Virus record (IMG/VR): IMGVR_UViG_3300044724_004122
Location: 1 to 59,245 of that record
DNA length: 59,245 nucleotides
Strand: one strand, 5' to 3'
Source of the DNA: a virus
Taxonomy: Duplodnaviria > Caudoviricetes
A program made the translations under genes and the position numbers. The notes beneath the pieces were generated by a model, which saw only the letters and a list, made by a program, of their open reading frames with translations, was not told the DNA's origin and ran no database searches. Below are positions 8,823 to 16,967 of the stretch, piece after piece. Numbering within the stretch: position 1 is the stretch's first letter; every line of letters starts with the position of its first letter.

Positions 8823-9377
8823 TTACTCACCCGTCCTAAATGGTCTGCCACCAACTCTGGACATAAACTCGGCTTCGGTGCCAAACTTAACGTCACCAAC
8901 AACCATCTTTTTTCCATAGCCGGGAAAGTCTGCTTTGTTTGTTCCTAAAAGGTAGCAATTTTCACCACCTTTTGGAATCACTAGAATAGAATCTTGACAA
9001 AACTTTTCTCCAAGGTCTGCCATAATGCCCAGAAAATCGGGGTTGTTATCGTAGTTCTGAACAAAGAAACTCGCCTCCTTGACCTCTTTGGCTACATCTG
9101 TGCCAAAGTCCTCGATGTAAGAACCATCTACGCTTGTAGGACCGTAACCCAAATCATTCATAAGAATATCTTTCAGCATTTTATTGCGCTCGGGGTTGTT
9201 CATGTCCAAACCTAACGCTTTATCTGTGCAGCCCGATGTGTCGCTTGGGTCGCCTCTGTAAGCGGTTAGGATAACACAGTCGTGCTCCATAATGTGCTGA
9301 TAAATGCGAGAAAGAGAGCTTTCGTTCATCTCACCTTCTTCTAAGAATCTTTTCCAGTTTTCTAATAGTATTTTCAT
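8823..9377 (-). CDS. Conserved phage protein (DUF3293-like) with type-A leader
   Basis: ILTAYR..N.ERN..L, GSY.E, EASFFV, KFCQDSIL pattern (recalled). Confidence 0.6.
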   Translation of the reverse strand: MKILLENWKRFLEEGEMNESSLSRIYQHIMEHDCVILTAYRGDPSDTSGCTDKALGLDMNNPERNKMLKDILMNDLGYGPTSVDGSYIEDFGTDVAKEVKEASFFVQNYDNNPDFLGIMADLGEKFCQDSILVIPKGGENCYLLGTNKADFPGYGKKMVVGDVKFGTEAEFMSRVGGRPFRTGE

Positions 9378-9760
9378 GGGACGTAGTAAATCTCCTCTGA
9401 CAAAACGTGTAAGTCTTCGTTCACATGTGCTTTTGCGGCTGAACGCACATTACCCTCGGCATCTACTATGTTGAGTGGCATTGCTTTGATGTCTTCGCCA
9501 ACATAACGGTATTCACCGGGGTTGTCTGCTTCTTTTATTTTGTCTTCTCTGACAAAAGCAATAACAACAAAGAACGGCTCGTCATTATAAATAGCAGAGG
9601 TCACGGCGTGGTCCTTTGCAAACTGGCGAGACATGGTAACGTAGTCGTTGTTTCTAATAACATTTGTAAATGCTGGCTGGGCGCGGTAGATTTTTATTTT
9701 TTTGTTTATTGAACGAACCTCGTTCAAAAAATTCTTCCAACTTTCCATTATTGGCTTCAT
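9374..9760 (-). CDS. ADP-ribosyltransferase-fold protein with type-A leader
   Basis: IYRAQP..I..NDYVTMS..FA..H..GEY. Confidence 0.55.
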   Translation of the reverse strand: MKPIMESWKNFLNEVRSINKKIKIYRAQPAFTNVIRNNDYVTMSRQFAKDHAVTSAIYNDEPFFVVIAFVREDKIKEADNPGEYRYVGEDIKAMPLNIVDAEGNVRSAAKAHVNEDLHVLSEEIYYVP

Positions 9761-10572
9761 TTATCTTCTACCCTCAGTATTTCAATAGGTGTCGCAATAA
9801 TCTCATTCCACAACGAAGTGTCTTGGTCATCGGCACAAAGCGTCTCCAAATCGACGCACAGGTTTTCTTCTTCGCCTGGAAACTCCAAACGATACATGTT
9901 GACGGCTTTTCTGCCGCTTTCTGTGGCAAATGACTTTACGTCGCTTCTAAATGCCGCTCTCACGTTCCCAGTAAAAGTTATTATTTTATCTGAGGTAGGA
10001 CGAAAGAAAGGTGTTGTCATAACCGTGAAAGAAGAAATGTCAAAAGGCTTGCCGCTGTCAATAGCGTCTTGGATTCTTTTTATTCCTCTCTCGGACGTAT
10101 AGTGTTTTAGTTCCATAGGGTTGTCAAGACCGCCATAGACCTGTGTTGTAAACTCGTCGTCAATAAGAACGTATGGTTCCATGTCTCCGCGAGAATAAAA
10201 ATAAGCAAAGCGAAGTTTGTCTATGTCTGGGAAATAACTTTCGTATTCGCGTTTCAAGCCCCAGAAGCGATGGTTGATAAAGTCCTCGATAAAGTCAATA
10301 ACATTTTTGCGGGTAAGGAGGTCGTATCTTTCTACCTCGGTGTTTAGTTGAAAACCAAAGAACTCGTAAATAAGACTTGCAAACTCTTCGCTGCCTGTTA
10401 TTTCTCCACCACGAACACTGTTGCCTTCTTTTTGTTTGTCGAGCATAAGGCGCACAAAACCCTCCCACTCTTTTAGAGTGTGGAACGCGCTGTCTGGCTT
10501 AATGTAGCCAAGGACTTTTACGGAAACGTCTTCGTTGAGAAACCTCTTCCAGTTTTCAAGGAGTTGCTTCAT
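9757..10572 (-). CDS. Possible ART-fold protein with type-A leader
   Basis: LKHYTS..DISSFT..WNEII; MKQLLENWKRFLNE. Confidence 0.5.
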   Translation of the reverse strand: MKQLLENWKRFLNEDVSVKVLGYIKPDSAFHTLKEWEGFVRLMLDKQKEGNSVRGGEITGSEEFASLIYEFFGFQLNTEVERYDLLTRKNVIDFIEDFINHRFWGLKREYESYFPDIDKLRFAYFYSRGDMEPYVLIDDEFTTQVYGGLDNPMELKHYTSERGIKRIQDAIDSGKPFDISSFTVMTTPFFRPTSDKIITFTGNVRAAFRSDVKSFATESGRKAVNMYRLEFPGEEENLCVDLETLCADDQDTSLWNEIIATPIEILRVEDK

Positions 10573-10574
10573 TA
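10531..10574. repeat. Leader-coding direct repeat (partner 10950-10993)
   Basis: 41 of 44 nt identical to 10950-10993 by manual alignment. Confidence 0.9.
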
Positions 10575-10991
10575 ACTTATCTCCATAATGTGCAGTTGGT
10601 TTGGGTCAAACACCACAACCTCTGTTGCGTCATCGATGCTGTTGTTCGTCACGACAATGCTGTCATAGCCTTTTTCTTTTAGGTTCTCGGCGTCTTCCTT
10701 TGTCAAGTCTTTTGGTGAGATTTCGTATTTGCCTTCGACATAAAGTGGGTTCTTGATGTTGGCGAAAACTGTGTAAAGGTGCTTGCCGTAGGTTCTAGCG
10801 TATCTTCGCGAGGGAGATAAATAAATACCGTATTCTCCACCGAAGGAAGGGTCGAGTTGTTCTCCGTCTTTTAGAAGGTAGTCAGAGCCATGGAAAAGTG
10901 GTTCTTTATGAACGCTGCCTTCTAGAAAGCCTGCTGGGGGCATAGAAACTTCGTTGAGGAACTTATTCCAGTTTTCAAGGAGTTGCTTCAT
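10572..10991 (-). CDS. ART-PolyVal-like ADP-ribosyltransferase domain with type-A leader
   Basis: LFHGS, GIYLSPS..YA..YG, NIKNPL, GYDSI, EVVVFDPNQ. Confidence 0.8.
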   Translation of the reverse strand: MKQLLENWNKFLNEVSMPPAGFLEGSVHKEPLFHGSDYLLKDGEQLDPSFGGEYGIYLSPSRRYARTYGKHLYTVFANIKNPLYVEGKYEISPKDLTKEDAENLKEKGYDSIVVTNNSIDDATEVVVFDPNQLHIMEIS

Positions 10992-10993
10992 TA
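10950..10993. repeat. Leader-coding direct repeat (partner 10531-10574)
   Basis: 41 of 44 nt identical. Confidence 0.9.
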
Positions 10994-11707
10994 TAGTTCC
11001 CCTGCGGTCACGACTTTTGCGTCGATGCCCATTTTCTCCAAGTATTTGCTGAAATTGTTTCCAATTGCTCTGCCGTCTGGGGTGTCGGGAACAATGACTG
11101 CTTCTATTTTCCAGTTATCCACAAGTGCTTCGTTGCGCGGACCACCTGCCCAATCTTTATCTGGGTCGTAGTCTTCTTTGTCGAAAACAAAGATTTTGAA
11201 CTTTTCGTAGTCGCCGGGATAACGAACTCTGCCGACGCCTTTGTTTGCACCAGAGGAAGCGGTTCTTTCAGGTGGTAGTTCTCTTTTGTATGCAGCACCA
11301 GCACCAGAGGAAATGTCGTCCATGTTGTTGGCGAGTAGCGTAATGTAGCCTTTGATAAGAATGCCATAGTCCAGACCCCACGGTCCTACTTTATAAACGT
11401 CTTCGTTTGGAAGATAGACAGAAGTGCTCAACTCGTCTCGTTTGAGGCTCTGGTAGTCTTTGATAAGGCTCATAATGTCCATTCTACGACCCCAGTGAAT
11501 AGTTTTTAGGGAGTCAAGAAAGGCACGGTCGGCTTCTTTTGCGTAAAGTTGTTTTATGGCTCTGCCAGCCTTTGCCATAGTTCCAAAATCTATGCTGGCT
11601 TGGTCTCTAATGTCGGGTGAAACTTTTTCCAAACCTTTGGCAAAGTTTGCACGGGCTTGTTCGTCTTCTTCCAAAAACTTCTTCCAGTTTTCTAAGAGTT
11701 TCTTCAT
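10991..11707 (-). CDS. Possible ART-fold protein with type-A leader
   Basis: TIHW..ELSTS..KGYITL..NEALVDNWKI, same motif order as 9757..10572. Confidence 0.5.
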   Translation of the reverse strand: MKKLLENWKKFLEEDEQARANFAKGLEKVSPDIRDQASIDFGTMAKAGRAIKQLYAKEADRAFLDSLKTIHWGRRMDIMSLIKDYQSLKRDELSTSVYLPNEDVYKVGPWGLDYGILIKGYITLLANNMDDISSGAGAAYKRELPPERTASSGANKGVGRVRYPGDYEKFKIFVFDKEDYDPDKDWAGGPRNEALVDNWKIEAVIVPDTPDGRAIGNNFSKYLEKMGIDAKVVTAGEL

Positions 11708-12474
11708 TTGTTTTCTCCAATTATTTGGTTCAAAATGTCTGCCGCCACAGCTTTATCACTAGCATCAAGGTTTTGCTCGGGAGGCACATAAACATAAACC
11801 GTCTCAATAAGTTTGAGAGGTTTTGGAGAAACATAAATAAGTTCTCTTTCTCTAATGTGTTGGCTGGATACGGCATCGGGGTTGAATAAAAACCCTGGCT
11901 CATCGCTACTAGCCACCATTATCATGTTGATAACGGGCTCATTAACAAAGTAAAGTTCTGGGTTGGCATAAGCAGTTGCTATTTCAGAAAATTCTTCTGC
12001 AATACTTTCTTTCAAGGACCAAGAAGTAAAGTCGCCCGCTCTGGGTGTGTAATAAAGGTCGTCGCCCTTGTAAGCATAAGCCTTCTTTGGTACAAGAGGC
12101 TGGTTGGGGTCAATAAGCCCCTTTGCTTTTGCAAGAGACATTTTGCTGCGACCACGATAAACTTTTAGTCCAGAAGATGGAGTAAGTTCTTTTAGGTAGT
12201 CGCTAATAAGAGGGTGCTTTTCTTGGTAAAGTTTGTAAATAACTTTTAGAAAAGGCAGCACCTCTGTTTTGGAACTCATGGAGCTATCTTGTGTGTAGTC
12301 TGACCAGTATTTGTTGAAAAGCTGGGAAAAGTCCTCTGGGGAGAAGTTAGCCAGTTCTGGATACTCGGGTTCTTTTGCTTCGCCATCGCGATCAACAAAG
12401 AACTTATCTCCGAACGGTTTTTCTTGCTCTAAAAGGAACTCTTGCCAAAGGCTGCGTATCTTCTTGAAGTCCAT
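11704..12474 (-). CDS. R-S-E type ADP-ribosyltransferase-like protein with leader
   Basis: VYRG, FTSWS, ERELIY; paralog of the middle domain of 3479..5956 (DGE, GLIDPN, PGF.N shared). Confidence 0.7.
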   Translation of the reverse strand: MDFKKIRSLWQEFLLEQEKPFGDKFFVDRDGEAKEPEYPELANFSPEDFSQLFNKYWSDYTQDSSMSSKTEVLPFLKVIYKLYQEKHPLISDYLKELTPSSGLKVYRGRSKMSLAKAKGLIDPNQPLVPKKAYAYKGDDLYYTPRAGDFTSWSLKESIAEEFSEIATAYANPELYFVNEPVINMIMVASSDEPGFLFNPDAVSSQHIRERELIYVSPKPLKLIETVYVYVPPEQNLDASDKAVAADILNQIIGENK

Positions 12475-12477
12475 GCA

Positions 12478-12486
12478 ATAAGTAGT
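12478..12486 (-). promoter_or_regulatory. Late motif variant ACTACTTAT
   Basis: 3 nt upstream of ATG 12474; heads the effector array. Confidence 0.5.
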
Positions 12487-12487
12487 C

Positions 12488-14542
12488 TTATTGCAGCACT
12501 ATCGTCTTGCCTTTAGCACTCAGAGAAACAATCGTAGGCGAAACTTTATTTTTACTTGCTTGCATGAAAACTTCGACCTGCAAAAACCTGCCTTTTACGC
12601 CCTGTAACTTATAAGGAAGCTTATTGGGCGGGAAAGGTCCAAGCTTTTTAGACCATGAAGCTGTTTCCATTAGCTTGAGGTCATCAGCTACTCTATAGCG
12701 GACATCAATAAAGGAGTCTTCAGGGGTTACAAACTCAAGGTCTATTTGTTCCCACTCCGTAGTGGTTTTTGTTTCAGCAACAGTACCACCCCAACCACCA
12801 TAACCGAATGTATGTTGGAAGTCGCCCTTTGGTGCTGTGTAGTTATGGAGGGTGTATCCCGTCATGTCTGAATAGGTGTATGGACCTTTTCCTACGGAAT
12901 ACTCACCAACAACAGAGTTTTTAGTTGGGTCAATTTTTGTAGCAGAGGACTTTGACTGATTCACTGCCCAGACATAACCATCGTAGTCCACAGCGATGCC
13001 TACAGGGTATCTACCACTGCCTAATGAGATGTGTTGCATTACAGTGAGGGTGACAACATTAATTTTTGCGACTGAAGAAGTTTGATCGAGAGCAACATAA
13101 ACATGTCCATCGTTAGAAGTTGCAATACCACGACTTCTATTGTTATGCTTGACAACAGCCCATTGTTTTGTTATTGGGTCATAACGAGAAGATGAAGTTG
13201 TTGTGTCAGCTACCCAAATGCGACCAAACATGTCTACATTAATACCGTAGGGTGAACCACCACCCTTTCCTACATTCTGAACGGACTTTGTTTTAGGGTC
13301 AACTCGTAAAAGAGCAGAGCAGCCACGACCAGCAATCCAAATAATGCCCTTTTGGTCAATAACAAGTCCGTAAGGGTTGCAACCAATGTTTATTTGGTCT
13401 ACAGATTGCCCAGCATTGGGCTCAAGTCTGCGGAGTCGCTTGCTATTCCAGAAGCCAAACCAAGCATGGTTATCTTTATCAACACCTGCTGCCCGAGCAA
13501 CAGTCTTACCATCAGGGTTTACAATAAACTGAATGCATTCATCATTAGAAACAATGTTTTTACCAGAAGAGGTATCAATAGATCCATTTCCGTTTTTATC
13601 TACACAATCTTTTTTATTTACTCTGATCTTCGCAACTGAACCGTCTCCACGACAACCAACCCAACAGTCACCGTTGAGGTCTACAGATGTGCGAGAGGGG
13701 TTAGAACAAATGCTATAACGACCTTCCTCTACACCTGTTTTAGTGTTTAGTTTTGAGACAGTGTTCTCGGAGGAGTTTGCAATCCAAATGTGGTTCAGAT
13801 TTACTGATGTCTTGCCAATGTCCAACTCGATGTAACCATTAGCATCTAACTTCAGACCCTTTTTATTTCCAAGGTCAAATGGTTTACCATAATCCGGTCC
13901 TATTTCTTGCTTGATGCAAGAAAGGTCGCAGGTTCCACAGGAAGAAAGCACACCCTCATCAATAAGTCCATTGCAGTTATTATCTTTGCTATCGCAGGAC
14001 TCTGGTTGAGGTAGCTTCTCGCCAGTACACATTCCCCAATAACCTGACTTGCAAAGTTGAATGCCTGCTTGACAAATGCCCTTGCCTATCCACTGTGGCT
14101 CGCCTGAATAGCAGTTTGCTGCTGTTGACTTGCAAGGACAACCTTCCCAGTTCTGCTTTGAACAGTCAGGGCAGATAGTTGCAAAGTTTGGATTATTATC
14201 ATCACAGTCGCCACCTTTGTAGCAGCCAAGACCATAACCATCACCGTCGTTATCCACACAGGTTTTCACAGGAGCAGTGTCGGGTTTTGTTGTATCGGGC
14301 GCAGGGGTGGTATCAGTTGTGTCGATACCTGCATCAACAGTCGTGTCAGGTTGGGTAAAAGTGTCCTCCACCGGAGTCGTCGTATCTGGTAAAGAAGTAG
14401 TGTCTTCAACAGTGTCCTTCACAGAGCCCACATCGCCCACAGGCGGCTTGTAAGTACCTGCGTCAGCCAGAACGATGGGCGTATAAGTTGGAGCCTTTGA
14501 GCAGCCACACAGAATAAAAAAAATAAATAATAGTTTTCGCAT
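12488..14542 (-). CDS. Myxobacterial-type lipoprotein with Cys/Asp metal-binding repeats and Vgb-like beta-propeller
   Basis: Lipobox LCGC; D/T/P linker; CVDNDGDGYG..DCDD and ESCDSKDNNCNGLIDEG; repeated PYG(L/I).(I/V)D..G.IW blades. Confidence 0.8.
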   Translation of the reverse strand: MRKLLFIFFILCGCSKAPTYTPIVLADAGTYKPPVGDVGSVKDTVEDTTSLPDTTTPVEDTFTQPDTTVDAGIDTTDTTPAPDTTKPDTAPVKTCVDNDGDGYGLGCYKGGDCDDNNPNFATICPDCSKQNWEGCPCKSTAANCYSGEPQWIGKGICQAGIQLCKSGYWGMCTGEKLPQPESCDSKDNNCNGLIDEGVLSSCGTCDLSCIKQEIGPDYGKPFDLGNKKGLKLDANGYIELDIGKTSVNLNHIWIANSSENTVSKLNTKTGVEEGRYSICSNPSRTSVDLNGDCWVGCRGDGSVAKIRVNKKDCVDKNGNGSIDTSSGKNIVSNDECIQFIVNPDGKTVARAAGVDKDNHAWFGFWNSKRLRRLEPNAGQSVDQINIGCNPYGLVIDQKGIIWIAGRGCSALLRVDPKTKSVQNVGKGGGSPYGINVDMFGRIWVADTTTSSSRYDPITKQWAVVKHNNRSRGIATSNDGHVYVALDQTSSVAKINVVTLTVMQHISLGSGRYPVGIAVDYDGYVWAVNQSKSSATKIDPTKNSVVGEYSVGKGPYTYSDMTGYTLHNYTAPKGDFQHTFGYGGWGGTVAETKTTTEWEQIDLEFVTPEDSFIDVRYRVADDLKLMETASWSKKLGPFPPNKLPYKLQGVKGRFLQVEVFMQASKNKVSPTIVSLSAKGKTIVLQ

Positions 14543-14559
14543 AGTATAACTATTATAGC

Positions 14560-14586
14560 AAAAAAAAGAGGGGGCGTTAGCCCCCT
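14560..14586 (-). terminator. Intrinsic terminator
   Basis: AGGGGGC-TAAC-GCCCCCT then C-T8. Confidence 0.8.
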
Positions 14587-14612
14587 ACGAAAAATAAGTT
14601 GTATTTTTTTGT

Positions 14613-14882
14613 TTAGTCGTCGTAGTCGTCTCTAACGCCGAGAACTGTTGCACCCTTTGACAAGGCTTCTTTTGCTTTGGCAACGTCTTCTGCGTCTTTC
14701 AACTCGTTAGCCATTGCTTGAACGTGGCTTAGGTCCATTTTATCGGTGTAACTGGCAAGAAAACCAAGAGAGAAGAACGCTTGAGCAAGATGGTCGATGT
14801 TTTCTTCGGCAATACGCATCTCTTGTTGCAACATCTTTTGCATTTCTTCTTTGACGATTTGTGTTAGTTCAGTCTTGTTCAT
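14613..14882 (-). CDS. Small protein with type-B leader
   Basis: MNKTELTQIVKEEM; AGGAGG RBS; late motif upstream. Confidence 0.75.
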   Translation of the reverse strand: MNKTELTQIVKEEMQKMLQQEMRIAEENIDHLAQAFFSLGFLASYTDKMDLSHVQAMANELKDAEDVAKAKEALSKGATVLGVRDDYDD

Positions 14883-14903
14883 TGTTGTTCCTCCTAGAAC
14901 AAA

Positions 14904-14912
14904 ATAAATAGT
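14904..14912 (-). promoter_or_regulatory. Putative late promoter motif ACTATTTAT
   Basis: Intergenic exact copy. Confidence 0.55.
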
Positions 14913-14927
14913 CTGTGCCGCACAGAG

Positions 14928-15119
14928 TTACGAAAATTTTTTCTCACCATCGCCCTGCGGGGTAAAGAGTTCCAAAGCGTGCATCCACGCTCGACCCTTT
15001 CTTTGACTGTGTATCCACCAGACGCCGCACGTCTTTCTACCACCTCGTGCTTCAAGAACGTCCAACACTAAACCAATCTTTGAAGTTCCGGTAAGCCGAA
15101 CCAAATCACCGCTTTTCAT
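14928..15119 (-). CDS. Small KOW/SH3-like protein
   Basis: MKSGDLVRL..IGLVL..VWW. Confidence 0.7.
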   Translation of the reverse strand: MKSGDLVRLTGTSKIGLVLDVLEARGGRKTCGVWWIHSQRKGRAWMHALELFTPQGDGEKKFS

Positions 15120-15270
15120 TTACCACCACCAGATTATCTGCGTATTTTTTTGAAAACTTTGTGACGCGCCCATCGGGGCACAGGATTTTCACGGAACCCC
15201 CTTTAAGCATCTCTAACACAATGCCCCTTTCGGGGTAAGGTGCTTCATAAACTAAATCACCGCGTTTCAT
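15106..15270 (-). CDS. Small KOW/SH3-like protein (54 aa, not in ORF track)
   Basis: MKRGDLVYEAPYPERGIVLEMLKGGSVKILCPDGRVTKFSKKYADNLVVVNEKR. Confidence 0.75.
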   Translation of the reverse strand: MKRGDLVYEAPYPERGIVLEMLKGGSVKILCPDGRVTKFSKKYADNLVVVNEKR

Positions 15271-15436
15271 GCTTCACCAAAAAAGGAGTTGGGGTGAAAA
15301 GACTTTTTTCCATCTTTGACCACCAAACAAGGGCAGGTTTGTTTCCTCTTGCCGGTTGAATAACAACGCCAACACCAGCCGCACATTCTTCCAGCGTTGC
15401 ACCACTTTTGTAGCGCACAAGGTCACCGCGTTTCAA
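15257..15436 (-). CDS. Small KOW/SH3-like protein
   Basis: TTG start (L/M)KRGDLVRY..GVVI..VWW..ETR. Confidence 0.7.
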   Translation of the reverse strand: MKRGDLVRYKSGATLEECAAGVGVVIQPARGNKPALVWWSKMEKSLFTPTPFLVKHETR

Positions 15437-15617
15437 GTTCAAACTCCCAAAACTCAAAATTAGTTTTGTACTTGGGTGAATAACAGCGCCACCCATCTAT
15501 GTCGGGCATCCGTTCTACAAGCACGACTAGCATTTTTTGTTCAGGCTTTTCCTCTTTGCTGAACCACCACTGTGGAGCGCAAGAGGCGTCAGCCAACACT
15601 AGGTCACCGCGTTTCAT
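15423..15617 (-). CDS. Small KOW/SH3-like protein
   Basis: MKRGDLVL..ELETR. Confidence 0.7.
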   Translation of the reverse strand: MKRGDLVLADASCAPQWWFSKEEKPEQKMLVVLVERMPDIDGWRCYSPKYKTNFEFWEFELETR

Positions 15618-15802
15618 TGACCCGCCTTACACACATCTTTTTCAAGTTCCCAAACAACCCATGCGCCAAGCGTGGTTGGTTCTGTTCTTCGCACTTGAAC
15701 AAACATTGTTCCTTGTTCGTCTTTATCACGTTGTAGCACAATGCCGGTCCAAGGAAGAAAGCTTTGGTTCTTTGAGCGAACAAGGTCTCCACGCTTAAAC
15801 AT
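15614..15802 (-). CDS. Small KOW/SH3-like protein
   Basis: MFKRGDLVRS..GIVL..WELE; GGAGG RBS. Confidence 0.75.
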   Translation of the reverse strand: MFKRGDLVRSKNQSFLPWTGIVLQRDKDEQGTMFVQVRRTEPTTLGAWVVWELEKDVCKAGQ

Positions 15803-15992
15803 TGTCGTCCTCCACCTGATGAGGCATGACCCACACTCCGTTATGCAGGACCATGCCTGCGGCGCGGTACTGAGACTCTAGGTCATTGTCATCGGCAAAC
15901 CAGTAGTCCGGGTACTCATCCATGCCACCGCGATGCTCGCGGGGGTAGTCGTTGTACCGCTCATAACCACTATTGTCGTAAAAACTTCTCAT
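15795..15992 (-). CDS. Small acidic aromatic-rich protein
   Basis: AAGGAG RBS; first gene after promoter. Confidence 0.7.
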   Translation of the reverse strand: MRSFYDNSGYERYNDYPREHRGGMDEYPDYWFADDNDLESQYRAAGMVLHNGVWVMPHQVEDDNV

Positions 15993-16013
15993 CTCTCAAC
16001 TCCTTACATGCAC

Positions 16014-16041
16014 AATATAACACGCTAGAAGCGTTTGTCAA
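16014..16041 (-). promoter_or_regulatory. sigma70-type early promoter
   Basis: TTGACA-N16-TATATT with TG extension. Confidence 0.75.
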
Positions 16042-16214
16042 GGGATTTTTTGCAAATATTGTGTTTCACAAAGAAATTTTTTTTCACCATCCCATACATA
16101 AACCCGGTCATAGGTGCTTATTCTTACGATAAGCAAACGTGACCCAAGTTTATGAAGGTGGGTCACGTAGTCACCGCGTTTAAGCTTTTGTGAAGCTCGA
16201 TGACCAACAGTCAT
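16038..16214 (-). CDS. Small KOW/SH3-like protein (58 aa, not in ORF track)
   Basis: MTVGHRASQKLKRGDYVTHLHKLGSRLLIVRISTYDRVYVWDGEKKFLCETQYLQKIP. Confidence 0.6.
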   Translation of the reverse strand: MTVGHRASQKLKRGDYVTHLHKLGSRLLIVRISTYDRVYVWDGEKKFLCETQYLQKIP

Positions 16215-16353
16215 GTTTGGTTCCTTCGCACATAACTGTGAGCCATTGTAAGGGCGGGAGCCCTAATCGTTCTTCGGTAGTGTGGACCTTTAAAACAAGG
16301 TAGCGTAGGTCTTTGCGGGAGCAGTGGATAAGTAGGTCACCGGGTTTGAACAT
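16180..16353 (-). CDS. Small KOW/SH3-like protein (57 aa, not in ORF track)
   Basis: MFKPGDLLIHCSRKDLRYLVLKVHTTEERLGLPPLQWLTVMCEGTKHDCWSSSFTKA; TAATG overlap. Confidence 0.7.
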   Translation of the reverse strand: MFKPGDLLIHCSRKDLRYLVLKVHTTEERLGLPPLQWLTVMCEGTKHDCWSSSFTKA

Positions 16354-16967
16354 TATTTAAGCGCTCCGCGCAAAGAGGCTAGGTCAAGCTTTCGGTAATC
16401 GTCTTTAAGGTGCTTGATGAGTGTGTCCTTTGTAACAAAAATTAGTTTTACTTGTTCAAAGGGTGTGTCACACTTTTTTGTGCCGGTTAGGCAGTAGTAG
16501 GCGTTTTTGTTGTATGACCGTTCAAACAAAAAGTCCTTAGCAGCTTGGTCAGATTGTTCTTTTAAAAGCTTCCATTCGCCAACATTACAATTGTTGCCAA
16601 AAAAGCCTGACGCTGCAACATCTGTGACACGTCCTTTAGGACTGTATGCTTTAGTCTCACACCATTGGTCACCGACATAACAATCTGGAAGCCCTTTGCC
16701 TTGTCCTCCATAGGTGATAAGCCCGTTGGACAGGGTGCAGATAATCCTTTGAAACTTGATGTAGTTTGTTCGCCCGCTCGCGTAATCCTCTGGGAAAAGC
16801 TTTCTGTTCGCTTCCATGAAATCGCGTCGCTCATTGTACTCGTCTGTATCAACTGTGCCGCAAATTGTGGCAAACTCTTTAATTGTCATTTCTTTGTTTA
16901 AGATTTTGTCAATCATTACTGTGGTCCTTAAATCTGGGAAAAATTTTCGCGAAATTTTTTGGGTCAC
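16353..16967 (-). CDS. Putative PD-(D/E)XK nuclease-like protein
   Basis: GLPDCYVGDQWCETKAY motif; true start may be ATG 16916. Confidence 0.5.
   Translation of the reverse strand: MTQKISRKFFPDLRTTVMIDKILNKEMTIKEFATICGTVDTDEYNERRDFMEANRKLFPEDYASGRTNYIKFQRIICTLSNGLITYGGQGKGLPDCYVGDQWCETKAYSPKGRVTDVAASGFFGNNCNVGEWKLLKEQSDQAAKDFLFERSYNKNAYYCLTGTKKCDTPFEQVKLIFVTKDTLIKHLKDDYRKLDLASLRGALK

Noticed and set aside
15604-15834. 76-aa ORF ending NETR
   Set aside because: Alternative frame of the better-supported gene 15614..15802, which has an RBS and the family motif
15106-16349. Regularly spaced 13-16 bp repeats as a CRISPR array or attC sites
   Set aside because: Repeats are too short, spacers are 150-180 bp coding sequences, the repeats are not palindromic, and no cas or integrase gene is present
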